Source of the DNA: Geosiphon pyriformis uo1
Taxonomy: Eukaryota > Fungi > Glomeromycota
Assembly: GCA_016748015.1 (NCBI GenBank)
Contig: JAAOMT010000302.1
Coordinates: forward strand, 310,001 to 374,000
Length of the DNA stretch: 64,000 nucleotides
Reading direction: 5' to 3'
The notes under the pieces are model-generated. The model worked only from the letters and a program-made list of their open reading frames with translations. It did no database searches and was not told the DNA's origin. A program made the translations under genes and the position numbers. Positions 1 through 13,768 of the stretch are shown piece by piece; within the stretch, counting starts at the first letter, position 1; every line of letters begins with the position of its first letter.

Positions 1-1555
1 AAGCTGGAAGCTAACCATGCCCAAGCCATTAATCTAGTAATAAATAGATCATCTAAATTAAATTCCAAGTTGAAACAATTCAGTAATTTTATTAATCAGA
101 AATTAGAAAAATATTTAACTAACAATTAGGCAATTTATTAATTATTATAATATTGCAATAATTTAGAGAATCCAACTAGTCTCCAAAATTAACTACATCT
201 ATCATCAACATTTATCAATCAACAGTAGTAACAAAAGATACATGGATGTTACTATTGTGATAAACAAGAACATTTGCAATTTAAATATTGCAAATAGTTA
301 AGTAATCAACAATCAGAAAATTAATATCAAAACTCTGATCACCAATTTCAAATCCAGAACTATGTTAGTAATCAATTATCCAAACAATACTAACATCAAC
401 CACATTATGCTCAAATAACACAGCCAATTTATCAACCACCTATTTATTAGCCATTAACACTAGTAATTTACCAATCATCCCAGTTTTAAATTATTTATTA
501 GCTTCAACCAAATCAGAATCAATTACAGAACTTATCTCAAAATGGAAACCAAAGACCAAAAACTACTCAGATCCATCAAAATTGGCAATTGGTAATGATA
601 ATGCACCAACTAATTCCCAGTTTAGCAGCCCAACAAACTGAATCTCAACAGCAAAATTTGGAAACTAGTTATGCTCAAAACCCAAATGTTTAACACTATT
701 TAAGTTTTTTGGTATTCCTAAAAATCACAACACTCAATTTATTAGAACTCAATCAAACTTAACTACTCCTCAACAATATTTCACCAGCAACAATTATTGA
801 AGATGAATCACTTATCACTATTTTTTCTTTTAAACTTGAGAAAACAGTTAAAACACTCTTATTTAGTGGAGTCACTCTTAAATCAAAACTTATTACTGTA
901 GTATATACTAATGCCAAAGTTGATGATCAGCCCATTAAATTAATCCTAAACAGTGGATTAGCCAGCAGGATTATCACATAACAACTTATGAATTAATTAG
1001 GTTGCCAAGTTGATTGTGCTGCCAGTGCCAAGATTATTACAGCCAATGGAGTGGCCAAAACTTTTATTGGTAAAATTAATAACTTTTCTTTTGAAATTAA
1101 TAACATTATTACTCTTATTAAAATATTAATCATAGAAACTACTCAATACCAAGCTCTTGTTGGTAATGACTGGCTGTTTAAAACCAATACAGTGCTCAAC
1201 TAAAATACCCAGGAATTACAACTGAGCCAAAACAGCCAAAACATTCAAGTACTAGTTATTTGTAGTTATTTTAAGACCACTACTAACAAACAACTACTAA
1301 TTAAGTTAAAAGAAAAAGAGAAAAAACCTACTTGAAAAGCCTATTAAGTTTTATGGACTGAAAAATAACACAACAAATTATTATCTATATTTAGCTGAAA
1401 AAAAAAGAAAAAAGAAAAAAAAAGAGAAAAAAAACTCACTCCAGCTATTATTTTTATATATATTCTATATACTACTCTTTATACCAATTCACAATATTGT
1501 TGGCCAAAGCTAGTTTGTATTGATTGTGACAAAAAATTGTTATTAATGAGTATAT
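1..1555 (+). mobile_element. Ty3/Gypsy element copy 0: gag C-terminus (CCHC knuckle), aspartic protease and start of Cys-rich region; 5' part outside window, interrupted by LTR at 1556
   Basis: Colinear with the other copies (ELEANHAQAINL, CYYCDKQEHL, PIKLILNSGL..QYQALVGNDWL); many stops; breaks off at the TGTTAC LTR start at 1556. Confidence 0.85.
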
Positions 1556-2429
1556 TGTTACTTATAGAATATAGAAAGTATATTAATATATAAATTAGCC
1601 AATTAGAAGTAGTTATAGTAAATGTGAAATTCCAAGATTTCTTTTAAAAGAATTGCAAAAGTCTAGAAATTTCAGAATTTTTATACAAGGAATCACAAGA
1701 TTCTAGAATTCCAGAATTTCTCTCAAAAGAATTACAGGATTCCAGGATTTCCAAAATTCCTGGTGTGAAGAATTGAAGAATTGAGAAATCTCAATTATGT
1801 ATATATAGTAGTAGTATTAAAAGTAAAAAAAACAGACCTCTTAGTTTAGATTTTATTTAAGCAATTTTCCAAATCACAAATATTAATAAATAACAATTTG
1901 CTATCTTAATTCACTTTTTACTATTAACACTTCATGTTAATAATAACTTATACTTGACCACACTAAAATAATAGCTTTTAATCATGGCTATTGATGGGAT
2001 ACTAATTTAATTGCCTTGGTTTATTTTTCTTTGTTATTTTTTTTTTCTTTTATTTTTTCTTTTATTGTTATATACTAATTAATTAAGAATTAAGTGCTAA
2101 GTTACTAACATTAGAGTATAGTACTGATAAAAAACCCAGAAATAAGGGTAGACACTTAATTTGAGAATAGCTTACCAAAAGATTGCTGGCCACCACACTG
2201 AAAAAAAAATTGATGGAATTGCAATTCTGGAAAGTGACAGACAACAAACCACATTAACCTAAAGGTTAACATGAAAGCACCACTAAAAGAAAGACATACT
2301 TAAATCTTTGTCCATTAGACAAAGGACTCTATCCAAAATCTTCAGATAATTATTAATATAATTTAGCCATTGAGCACCAAGTTACTGGTTTGTTATTTGA
2401 TTTGAGACCCCAAATAATCACCTGTAACA
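1556..2429 (+). repeat. 5' LTR of copy A
   Basis: TGTTACTTATAG...CCTGTAACA termini; CCAAT box, GAATTC-type array and TATA; followed by PBS-like TGGTG at 2432. Confidence 0.9.
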
Positions 2430-2491
2430 TTTGGTGTTTTCTGTGAAGTATAATCTTACAGAGAACCAGTATCAACAACAACTATCCAAAA

Positions 2492-5400
2492 ATGGCAGAA
2501 TCAGAAAGAATAGGAACAAACTATTTAGGATTTACCAAATTCTTATTTCAACATTATTGTCAATACTTGAGATTAACCAACAATTACCTATCAGCAAAGT
2601 CCACTTTCAACTTCTATGTCAATAAAAAAATCTCATATTTGCTAAGAGTGCCAGTAGAAACTAACTTAACAAGAGGAAATTTTTACAACAAATTAATTCA
2701 AAACACCAGCCTACCAGCAAATCATAATTTTACAGCAATCTTAACTAAAATCAATAGAGAAATTAAACATCACACTCAACAAAAATATTCCATCATTTAC
2801 ACAACCAAAGGTAAAAAAAAACTACAAACACCAGTAATAACATCCCAGAAAATACAACCACTTACTTGGAAGAAAGCAAGAATTGAATCACCAACTCATT
2901 CATCATATCACTACACACCCAGAAGTGTCATCAACATTTTATCAGCAGGTGTATTCACATCAAATATGAAAACACCATTGGCATAAATATTATTCCAAAG
3001 TAAATAATCAAAAACTGACTTATTAGAAACCTATGGCAAATATTTTGAGAGATTTAAATTGTGATCACCAATGCCATTAGGATTTTGATCACTACCACCC
3101 CCACCAGATTTTGGAATCACAAGTCCTTAAGAAGTAATGGAATTAGAAGAAGAGAAAGATGACAACCAGGAACTTAATTATCAAAACCCAATTGTAGAAA
3201 ATCCAGAAATTAAAACTCTAAATATTTAAACTCAGCAAAATCAAAATGATCTCAACTCCAATACTATTAATTAACACTTATCTCTAGTAATTATAATCAA
3301 TTAACTACTCATTAAACCAATTGCTAAACCACTATAGCAGCTAATATTTCTTCAGCAACAACCACAACAACCACTTCAACAACCACCATAACAACAGCAA
3401 CAAGTCATAGCACCAATAACATATGCCTCTATTGCCAAATTAAAAAAATTTACTGGTGAAGAAAATAATGCCCAAGTTTGGTTCAACAACATTGCCAAAG
3501 CAATCACTGTTAACAATTAGAATAATGCCAGAGCCCTACAGGCCATTCCATACTTTTTGCAAGATACCACCAATTCATAGTATTAAAGCTTGATCAACAA
3601 ATTTATTACTTTTGATGTGTTTAAAATGAAGTTCTTAAGATATTTTAGTAACAATAATAGTATTAACTGCTTAGCCAATACTTTCACCACCATCAAGCAA
3701 GAAAAAACTGAAGCAGTTACTACTTACCTAGAATGCTTCCATAAAAACTTGTGCCAAATACAAATAATTAATGCAAATTACTTTATAGTACTCCAGATTC
3801 TGAACCAGTTCATCTATGGATTACACAGTAGTATTTTTCAATGTATATACCCAATGCACTCACAAACTTTCCAAGATGTAGTTACTAATACATGAGATTT
3901 CAAATTCATTGAACTCAAAGCAAATTATGCCCAAACCATTAATCTAGTAATGAATAAATTATCTGAATTGGATTTTAAATTGAAACTAAAGGAGTACTTA
4001 GCTAACAATAATTAAACTATATATTAACCACCACAACGTTTTGACAATTCTAGAACCATCAATCAGCACTAAAATCAGTTACATTCTGTGGCAACACAAT
4101 TATTGTGGTAGCAAAAAACACATATTTGCCACAATTGTGGTAAACAAAGTCACATTAGGGTTGATTGCCATGTCAGAATTAATAGTCAATAATCAGATAA
4201 TCAATATTGAAACCCCAATTACAGATTTCAAACCCAAAATTATGCCAATAAACTATTAACTGATTCATATCAATATCAACTCTATTATCTATAAATAATG
4301 CAACAACCAATATATGTACCTCTAATCTATCAAACCCCAGTTCCAGTTATTTATCAACTGCAGCCACAAGTAATTTATCAACCACAATTCATTACCATAC
4401 CACTCCAAAAATTAGCTCAGATATCTGGAAATCTAAGGCTAAAAATCACACACACTCAATAAAACTGATAATCAGTGATGGTAATATATTAGCCAATTTT
4501 CAGCTTATCCTAGTAGCCAACAGAATTATGGCGGAAATTGGGTACAGCCAAAACCCAAATTTCCAAAACTATTTAAGTCTCTTGGTTATTCCAAAAGACA
4601 CTTTACCCAATAAACTAGAATCCAAACAAAAACAGCCATTTATTAACAACATATTACCAGTAATTATTACTGAAAACAAATCACTTACTGCCATTTTTTC
4701 TTTTGAACTTGAGGAACTAGTTGAGATGCTGCTATTCAGTAGAGCTGTTCTATAATTAAAATTCATTACTGCAATATATACAGATGCTAAAGTTGATAGT
4801 CAGTCTATCAAACTAATTCTAAACAATAGATTAGCTGGCAGTATCATCACCTAATAACTTATAGATCAATTAGGTTGTTAAGTTAATCATGCTGCCAGTA
4901 TGCAAATAATTACTGCTAATGAGACAACAAAAACTCTAATAAGCAAAATTGATGACTTCCTCTTTGAAGTTAGTGATATTATTGCACCAATCAAAGTTTT
5001 CATTATGGAAATCACCCAGTACTAAACACTAGTTGGTAATGACTGACTATTCAATACCAATATTGTGCTAAACTGAAACACTCAAAAACTACAACTCAGC
5101 TAGAATGGATGACACACACATGTACCAGCTATGTGTGGTCACTTCAAAACCACTCACATCTCAGCACCATTAATCAAGCTTGAAGAAAAAAAAAGAAACC
5201 TACTTAAGAAGCCTACCAAGTCTCATGAACCAATGATGAGCACAATGAACTACTGCTCATATCCTCATGAGATGATAAAAGAAAAGGAAAGCAAAAAGAA
5301 GAACTTACCTGAAATAATGATCAAATATTGTGAACTGACAACAATCAAAATGAACTGACACCAATTTGGAAATAAGAAAAAACCAAAAAAAAGAAAAAAA

Positions 5401-8400
5401 AAGAGCTAGTACCAGCAATTACTACAACTTATACCTCATACAACTATATTTTATCACAACTGTCTAACTATTACTGACCAAAATTGGTGTGCATCAATTG
5501 TGGCAAGAAATTATTATCAATGAGTACATGCTGTGATGATAATGAAAAAGACCCATTAACAAAATTTTATTGTTGTTTTTGCATCTTCGAACAGTTTGAA
5601 TGACCAAAATGGCAAAAAAAATGTGATAATAAGTTTTGTTTTGTCTGTGAAACCATCTTACCTAATAAAGAAATATGGAATAACATTTTTGAATATAGAA
5701 AAACATGCAATGTAATGTGCCAATATATAATTCTAATAAACAATTGGGTATGAAAAGAAACTCCAATCAACAATGCATAGAAAAGAGCATTGTGACAATT
5801 AAAAAAATACTTCTATGACAAACAGGAGATTTAGAAAATGGCAAATGCAAAAGCAGAAGACATGACAACCAATGAACTACTAGAAATCAAGAACAACTCT
5901 TTATTACTTTTTAAACCTGAATACATCTCAACTTTTGACATTTTTGGCAACATTGAAGATGATCCAGAAGAATTTCATAAGCACTACCAGTGCCTGGCAC
6001 CAACAAAAAAAGAACAAAAATAATGGTTAAAACAGTTAACACTTAATTATGTGATTATTGTTTAATTCCATGTCACTTTCAGTATTGTAATAAGTGTGAT
6101 CTCATTTACAATTCACCACTACACATAATTTACATGATCTCAAAAGAAGACAAACCAATCAGCAGCTGCATATCAGAATTGGAATCACAGTTCAATTCCG
6201 ATTCAAACTTCAATAATGATAACAACAAAAACAACAGTTCTAGTTCTATTCTAAACAGTAATAAAAATAACAATGATTCAGATTTCAATTTAAACCCAAA
6301 ACAATATATTGTGCTTTCTGACCTCACCAAGAAGCAGGAACTTAAATGGTTCAGTAATAATAATGAAGGTATCATGCTTAAACATGTACATAATACTAAT
6401 ACAAAATTTGATCTGAGATACCCAAGAAAAGAGACCATCAAATTAGAACCACATTTGCACATATGCATTGATCTAAAGGTAGCACTGGAAATTCTAGCAA
6501 CAACAATAGTTCAATTAGCATTCAGGAGTAGTTTAGTAAAAAAAGAAATTAATATCAGAGGAGAAATAATTGATGCAAGATACATAGAAAATATTATTAT
6601 AATGTTATAAAATGACTCAAAAAAGGCCTATATCATAGAGCCAAACAAAAAAATAGTACAGGCAATATTTCTACTTCTGGTTAAAATAGCTCAATTAGTC
6701 TTAGTGGAAGACAGAGAAAAACTAAGGATTACAGTTAAAGAAATAAATAGATTTGGATCTATGAGTAAAATAAATATACCAGTCAATATGGCAGAGAAAA
6801 AAGTTATTAACAAGGGAAAAATTATTTTCACCTATCAGTCAATTTTCATTCTACCATATAACCAGTACATGTTAACTATAGAGAGAAAAATAAAGGATCA
6901 AGTTTAGATTTTTGAAGCAGAAGCAACACTTTGTGAATCAGGAAAGATTGGATTAATCAATCTATACATACCAGCCAAAAACCACAGTTACATTAAAATT
7001 CCTATTTACAACAACATGGAAGATGTTATTAAGATACTAAAAAGAACCACCATTGGATATTTAACTACTGGAATTGAAAACCAACCACCAAACCCCATTT
7101 CAGATTTTCCACAACTGTGTGGATATGTTGACATAACATTACAAACTATCTACAGATGGAACAAATGTTATTTGCTCCAACTAAAACAATTGGAACAAAT
7201 GAACATAAAAAACTTAGACTCACTTTAATGTATACAACTCAAAATGTTACTCAACAACTTCACTAATATTTTTGCAAGTGAAAACAAGTTTGGCAGAACT
7301 GACATAATCCAACACCAAATCAAGACTAGAGACACAATACCAATCAAACAAAAAGCATACTGAGTACCACTAGCCAGTTATGAGATCATTCATGAAGAAA
7401 TCAATTAGATGTTAAACAATGAGCTAATTTAGCTATTAATTAGCTCATAGTCATTATTAATGATACTAGTCTGTAAAAAAAATGAAAAAATCTGCTTTTG
7501 TGTAGATTACAAAAAACTCAATAGTATAACTCATAAAGACAGTTATCTAATTCCATGGATTCAGAAATTATTTGACACTTTCAAAGAAAAGAAATAATTT
7601 TCAACATTAGATCTAAATAGTGATTACTGGCAAGTAGCCATAAATCCAAAAAATAAGAAGAAGATGACATTTACCACAAAAGAAAAAAATTTTGAATTTG
7701 AAGTGATGCTATTTGGCTTAACCAATGCACCAGCCATATTCCAATGGCTAATGGAAATTGTTTATACTAAACTACTATGGAAATCAGTAGTTGTGTATTT
7801 AGATGACACCAATATGTTCTCAAAAACATTCAATAATTATTTTTATCATTTTCAGCAAGTGTTTGAAAGACTGAGAAGAGCAAAATTGAAACTAAATGCA
7901 ACCAAGTGTTTTTTTGACAAAACAAAACTCAAGCTTTTAAGACATATTATAGACAAGAAGAACATTAAAACAGATCCAAATAAAATTGAAGTAGTAAAGT
8001 TCTTTCCAGTACTTATCAATCTAACCAAGCTACAAACATTCTTGGAATTTGCAGGGTACTATTATCACTTTATTAAGAACTTTTCCAAACTGGCTCAACT
8101 ATTGTATCATCTACAAACCAAGAATGTTAAATATGGATAAACTGAAACACAATAAGAAGCTTTTAACACACTAAGAAGAAAGCTCATTCAAGCTTTAGTA
8201 TTAATCTATTCAGATCATAACAAATCATTTATTATTATCACTGATGTATTAAATCAAACATTGGAAGCCATACTATTACAAAAAAGACTGGATGGAAAAG
8301 AACATCCAGCAGCATATGCCAGCTAAAGCTTAATGCCAGCTGAAAAAAACTATGAAACACCAGCACTAGAACACTTAGCAATTTATTGGACTGTCATAAA

Positions 8401-8522
8401 ATGGAAAAAATACTTAAGCCAGAAATTTGAAGTGCACACTGATCACAAAAAATTGACTTCAATTCAGAAACAAGAATTTGGAGATAATCAACATGCAAGA
8501 TAGAAAATAGTACTGTTACCAT
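2492..8522 (+). pseudogene. gag-pol (gag, protease, Cys-rich domain, dUTPase, RT, RNase H) of copy A; resumes 19613-19693
   Basis: Capsid-like YAPIAKLKKFTGEE, CCHC knuckle, protease, dUTPase-like ORF 6134-6610, RT ORF 7664-8140 with YLDD, RNase H TDVLNQTLEAIL; numerous TAA/TAG/TGA stops. Confidence 0.88.
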
Positions 8523-9397
8523 TGTTACTTATAGAATATAGGAAAGATACTAGCATAAATGAGCCAATCAGAAATAGGCACAGTAAATGTGAAATTCCAG
8601 GATTCTTTTTAGAGAAATTGCAGGATTCCAGGAATTTTCAGAATTCTTATACAAGAAATTGCAGGATTCCAGAATTCCAGGATTCCTCTCAAAGAAATTG
8701 CAGGATTCCAGGAATTCTAAGATTCTTGGTATGAAGAATTGAAAAATTGAGGAATCTCAATTATGTATATATAACAGTAGTGCTAAAAGTAGAAAAAACA
8801 GAATTCTTTAGTTAGAGATCTCTCAGTTTAGATTTGATCTAAGCAACTTTTCATTTACAAATATTAAATAAATAATTATTCACTATCTCAATCCACTTTC
8901 CACTATCAACACTTCATGTTGATAGCAATTGATACTTAAAAACACTGGAACAATAGCTCTTGATTATGGCTATTGATGGAATACTAACTTGCAATTGCTT
9001 TTGCTTATTTCTTTATCTTTTCTTTATTTTTATTTTATTTTTTGTTGTGATCTTATTGTTGTGTACTAATTGATTGAGGATTAAAGCACTGAATTATTGA
9101 CGTCACAGATAGCCTAGTAAAAAACCTAGAGATAAGGGTAAAAATATATATATTAACAGATAGCTTACCAGAAAGGCATGACTACCAGAATAAACCGGCC
9201 ACTACACTGAAGACAGAAATTGGGAAAACAACTTACCAACTATGTTATTATCAAATCTCTGTCTATTATACAAAAAACTCAACTCTAAAATCTTCAAATA
9301 CAACCAATGTACTAGTATTACCAGCATTATCAAGATATTGAGTACCAAGTTACAGATTTGTTATTTGATTTGAGACCCCAAATAATCATCTGTAATA
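8523..9397 (+). repeat. 5' LTR of copy B
   Basis: TGTTAC...TGTAATA; near-identical to 18739-19612 apart from transitions. Confidence 0.93.
8561..8774 (+). promoter_or_regulatory. LTR U3 promoter: CCAAT box (AGCCAATCAG), (G/A)GA(A)TTCCA tandem array, TATA box (8766-8774)
   Basis: Same order of motifs in the LTRs starting at 1556, 8523, 18739, 47965, 58491(-) and 60740(-). Confidence 0.6.
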
Positions 9398-9399
9398 TT

Positions 9400-9416
9400 T
9401 GGTGCTCCTTGTGAGG
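9400..9416 (+). other. Primer-binding site (TGGTGCTCC(C/T)TGTGAGG), elongator tRNA-Met-like
   Basis: Starts 2 nt after the 5' LTR; equivalents at 2432, 48820 and 59796-59780(-). Confidence 0.75.
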
Positions 9417-12400
9417 TATAATTCTACAGAGAACCAGCACCAACTACAACCATCCAAAAGTGGCAGAATCAGAATTAATAGGAGCAAACCATTTAGAATT
9501 CGTGAAATTCTTATTTCAATACTACTGTCAACATTTAGAATTAAACCATAATCACATATTAGTGGAATTAGCCTTCAATTTCTACATCAATAAGAAAATT
9601 GCCTATCTGTTAGGAACACCAGTAAATACCAAGTCAGCAAAGAAAATCTTTTACAACAAATTAATTCAAAACACTAGTCTACCAACAAACCACAATTTTG
9701 CATTCATTATCACAGAAATCAATAAAGAAATTGAATATCACATTCAACAAAGATACCCAATTACATACACCAGTAAAGGAAAAAGAAAACTGCAAACATC
9801 AGCAATGACACTTCAAAGAATACAACCACTCATTTGGAAGAAAACCAGAGTTGAATCATCAACCAATCCATTATACTACTATACACCCAAAAGTGCTATC
9901 AATATCTTATCAACAGCATATTCACATTAAATGCAACATCAATATTTGTACAACTCCCATTTCAAAGTAAACAAAAGAAAGCAGAATTACTAGGGACTTA
10001 TGGCAATTATTTTGAAGGATTTAAATTGCGATCACCAATGCCATCAGAATTTTAATCACTACCACCTCAACCAGATTTCGGAAATGCAAATCCCTGGAAG
10101 ATAATAAAATCAGACAAAGAGGAAGAAAAGAAAGCTAAAGATCAAGAATTTACTTACCAGAACCCGATTCTAGAAAATCCAAACATTGGAACTCCAAACT
10201 TTCAGACTCAGCAAAATCTAAATTTAGAAAATCCAGAAGTCAAAACTCCAAATTTTCAAAATTAGCAAAATCAGAATGATCAAAATCCCAACATTAATAA
10301 TTAACAACACTTATCTCCAGTCATTGTCATTAACCCATCACCAATTGCTCCACAACAACAGCCACTGTTACAACTCCAAATTTAATTACCATTTCAACCA
10401 CCACAGCAACTAAATGTAGATTTAATGGTCTACGCCCCAATAGCAAAACTCAAGAAATTTACAGGAGAGAAGGACGACACACAAGTATGGCTCAATAACG
10501 TAAAAAAAGTCATTGTGGCTAATGAATGAAATGACACCAGAGCCATGCAAGCCATCCCATATTTTCTCCAGAATACTGCTAATTTATGATACCAAAGCCT
10601 GGTCAACAAACCCCAAGATTTTAATGCATTCAAAATTGAGTTCTTAAGATATTTTAGCAATAATAACAGCATTAACAGACTAGCAAATACCTTTACTATC
10701 ATTAAACAAGGGGAAACTGAAGCAGTCACTACTTACTTAAGATGCTTCCACAGGAATCTGTGCCAGATCCAAGCCATTGACACCAATTATTTCACAGTGG
10801 CCCAGATTTTAAATCAGTTTATTCACAGATTATGTAATAGCATCTTGCAACACATACGTCCAATGCATTCCATTGATCTGCAAGCAGCCATCACAAACAC
10901 CAGAGATTTTAAAGCTGCTGAATTAGAGGCCAATCATGCCCAAACAGTAAATCTAGCAATGAATAGATCATCTGATTTGGATTCCAAATTAAAGCAATTC
11001 AGTGAATTAATAAATTAGAAATTAGAGGAATACTTAGCTAACAATAATCAAGCAATTTATCAAACTTCACAGTGACACAATAATCAAGAAAACTCTAATT
11101 ATTTCTATAATCAATTACATCCAACATCATCAACCAATCAACAATGGCAACAGGAAACACATGTTTGTCACTATTATGGTAAACAAAAACACCTACAAAT
11201 TGACTGCCGCTGTTGCTTAAATAACCAATGATTGGGAAATCAATATCAAAACCCTAATCACCAGTTTCAAACTCCAAATAATTTAGAGCCATATTATCAA
11301 AATTACCTGCCAATAACGCAGCAGCCAATTTATTAAATACTGGTATATCAACCTTCAATTTATCAACTGCAGTTGCCAACAACATATCAATTGCAGCCAC
11401 TAGTAATTTATTAATCCCAGCAACTTCAAACACCACCACCAAGCCCAACTCAAATGACATCAGAAAATCCCAAATCAAGAGTCACTCAAAATTGAAGATC
11501 AGCAATAGTTGTTTACCAATTGATCCCCAGTTCTTCCCACCAACCAATAAGACCATGCTCTCAGAATTTGGGAACTGGGCACACCCAAAATCCGAATTCC
11601 TAACACTATTTAAGTCTTCTGGTTACTCCAGAAGATGCCACCTTCAACAACCTGGAACCCAATCAGAAACAGCCACTTACCAGCAATATTCTACCAGCAA
11701 CCATCTCCAATAATGAATCTTTAGCAGCTATTTTTCCTTTCAAACTCAAGAAAACCACACCAGTCTCATTATTTAGTGGAGCTGTTCTTGACACCAAACC
11801 AATTACTGCTATGTATACTGATGCAAAAGTTGATGGCCATGCCATCAAACTGATTCTAAATAGTAGATCAGCTGACAGCATCATTATCAAGCAACTCATG
11901 GATCAATTAAGTCACCAAGTTGACTGTGCTGCCAGCACCAAAATCATTACAGCTAATGGAGTGACTAAAACTCTTATTGGTGAAATAGACAACTTTCTAA
12001 TTGAAGTCATTGGTATTACAGTATCAATCAAAGTTCTGGTCATGAAAACTACTCAGTACCAAGCTCTAGTTGGTAATAATTGCCTATCCAAAACCAATGT
12101 GACACTTGACTGGACAACACAAGAGTTGCAAATCAGTCAGAATAGCCAATACACACGAGTACCAGCAATGTGTGGCTATTTCAAACCCAGCATTGAAACG
12201 TGACCACTCATTAACTTTGAAGAAGAAAAAGAGAAACCTACTTGGAAAGCTTATCAGGTCTCATGGGCTGACAACAACTACAACGAACTACCACTGATAC
12301 TATCCTGGGACGACAACAACAAAGAAAAACAGAAGGAAGAACTTACCTGGAACACCAACCAAGCCTGAGAAACCAACAATAACTAGGAAAAACTAATAAA

Positions 12401-12797
12401 TTGGGAGTAGAAAGAAAATAAAAAGGGAAAAAGAAAAGAAAAGGAAGAAGAACCAACACCTGACAGCACCACTACTTATAATTTCTACACTACACTCCAA
12501 TGATCCACTTATTACTGCCCAAAACTGGTATGTGTTGATTATGACAAGAAATTGTTGTTAATGGGCACTTGTTGTGATGATAATAAGAAGTACACTTCAG
12601 CAACCAAATTCTACTGCTGCCCATGTGTCATTGAATGCTTTGGAAGACCAAAACAAGTTAGAAAATGGGACAATAAACCATGCTTGGCTTGTGAAAAAAC
12701 TCTTCCAGACAAAGGAATGTGAAATAACATTCCTGGATAAGGAAAAACATGCAATGAAATATGTCAGTATACAATTCTAATCAATGATTGGGTACAC

Positions 12798-13768
12798 TGT
12801 TACTGGAGGTTTTTGGTCTCTTTTCTTAAATGTTGTAAATGTCTGTTGATTGCAAATTCATGTTTTCTAGAAGTAGTTGAACCTCCAATAACTGAATTTA
12901 TTTTCAAATTATCTCCTATAATTTGAACTGCTGGGCTTATAAGTAGAATGGCCAATTTCTTGCCAGTTACTTTATATAGTTACATTGTAGTAAACGTCAA
13001 CTCTTTTCCAGGAATTGCTCATCTGGAAGCTTACTAAAAATGTGTAGTTACTTTGCTGTGAAAGTCAACTCTTCTACAGGAATCTTGTCTGTAGACTACC
13101 CTAATGATTATAATAAGAATATAAAAAAAATGTAAAAAAAATGTAAAAAAAATTGAATTCTGTTAAGGGAAACATTTTTTATCCAGGCCTGGAGTTACTA
13201 ACAGTTTACTGAAATTGGTAGCTAATCAATTTCAAAATGTTAATTGGGTTTTGGGGATTTTCCAAGTGCAATAATTAAAGAATTTGGTTTTTCGAATTAT
13301 TTGATATTTATTTCTTTTTTTGTGTGTAGAAATGGTTCTAAGTGATGAATCTAAAGTAAGATATATTTTCTTAAAGAGAAAAGCTCTTCTTTTATACAAC
13401 TTGTTGTAGTACTAATCTATGGACTTGCACTTTTTCTCTTTGCTTAAATTTCAGTGAACTAAAGATACATTTTGATGAACTACAAGTTATTTCACTGAAC
13501 TATTGATTAATTTGGGTGAACTATTCATAATTTCAGCAAATTTCTGTAAATTTTAGTGAATTTTAGAATGTTACAAAGTTCAGAGTATTGTGTAATTTGA
13601 TCACTCTACTTTCTGTCATACTAATTGGATTATTTAATTGAATTATGATATGTGATAATTGATTAAATAATAAGTAATAATTTGAAATGATATTAATATA
13701 CTAATTAATTTATAGAAATTATAAGGGTAATTTCATGCTAATTGATAGCTAAAATTCTACTGGTAACA
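12798..13768. mobile_element. 971-bp unrelated insertion (solo LTR of another family or Ginger/MITE-like element)
   Basis: Termini TGTTACTGG...CTGGTAACA; flanks ACAC and ATGC are CpG-decayed forms of TSD ACGC; host frame W-V-R-K-N-T-P-I is restored on removal; body not similar to the resident LTR. Confidence 0.85.

Noticed and set aside
8522-8734. ORFs in LTR U3 (also 18686-18965)
   Set aside because: They arise from the stop-poor tandem array, and their frames are not conserved between sister LTRs
8940-8990. Self-cleaving ribozyme or pseudoknot in the LTR R region
   Set aside because: No hammerhead (CUGANGA/GAAA), twister or HDV core recognised; the loop-to-downstream pairing leaves a linker too short for an H-type knot
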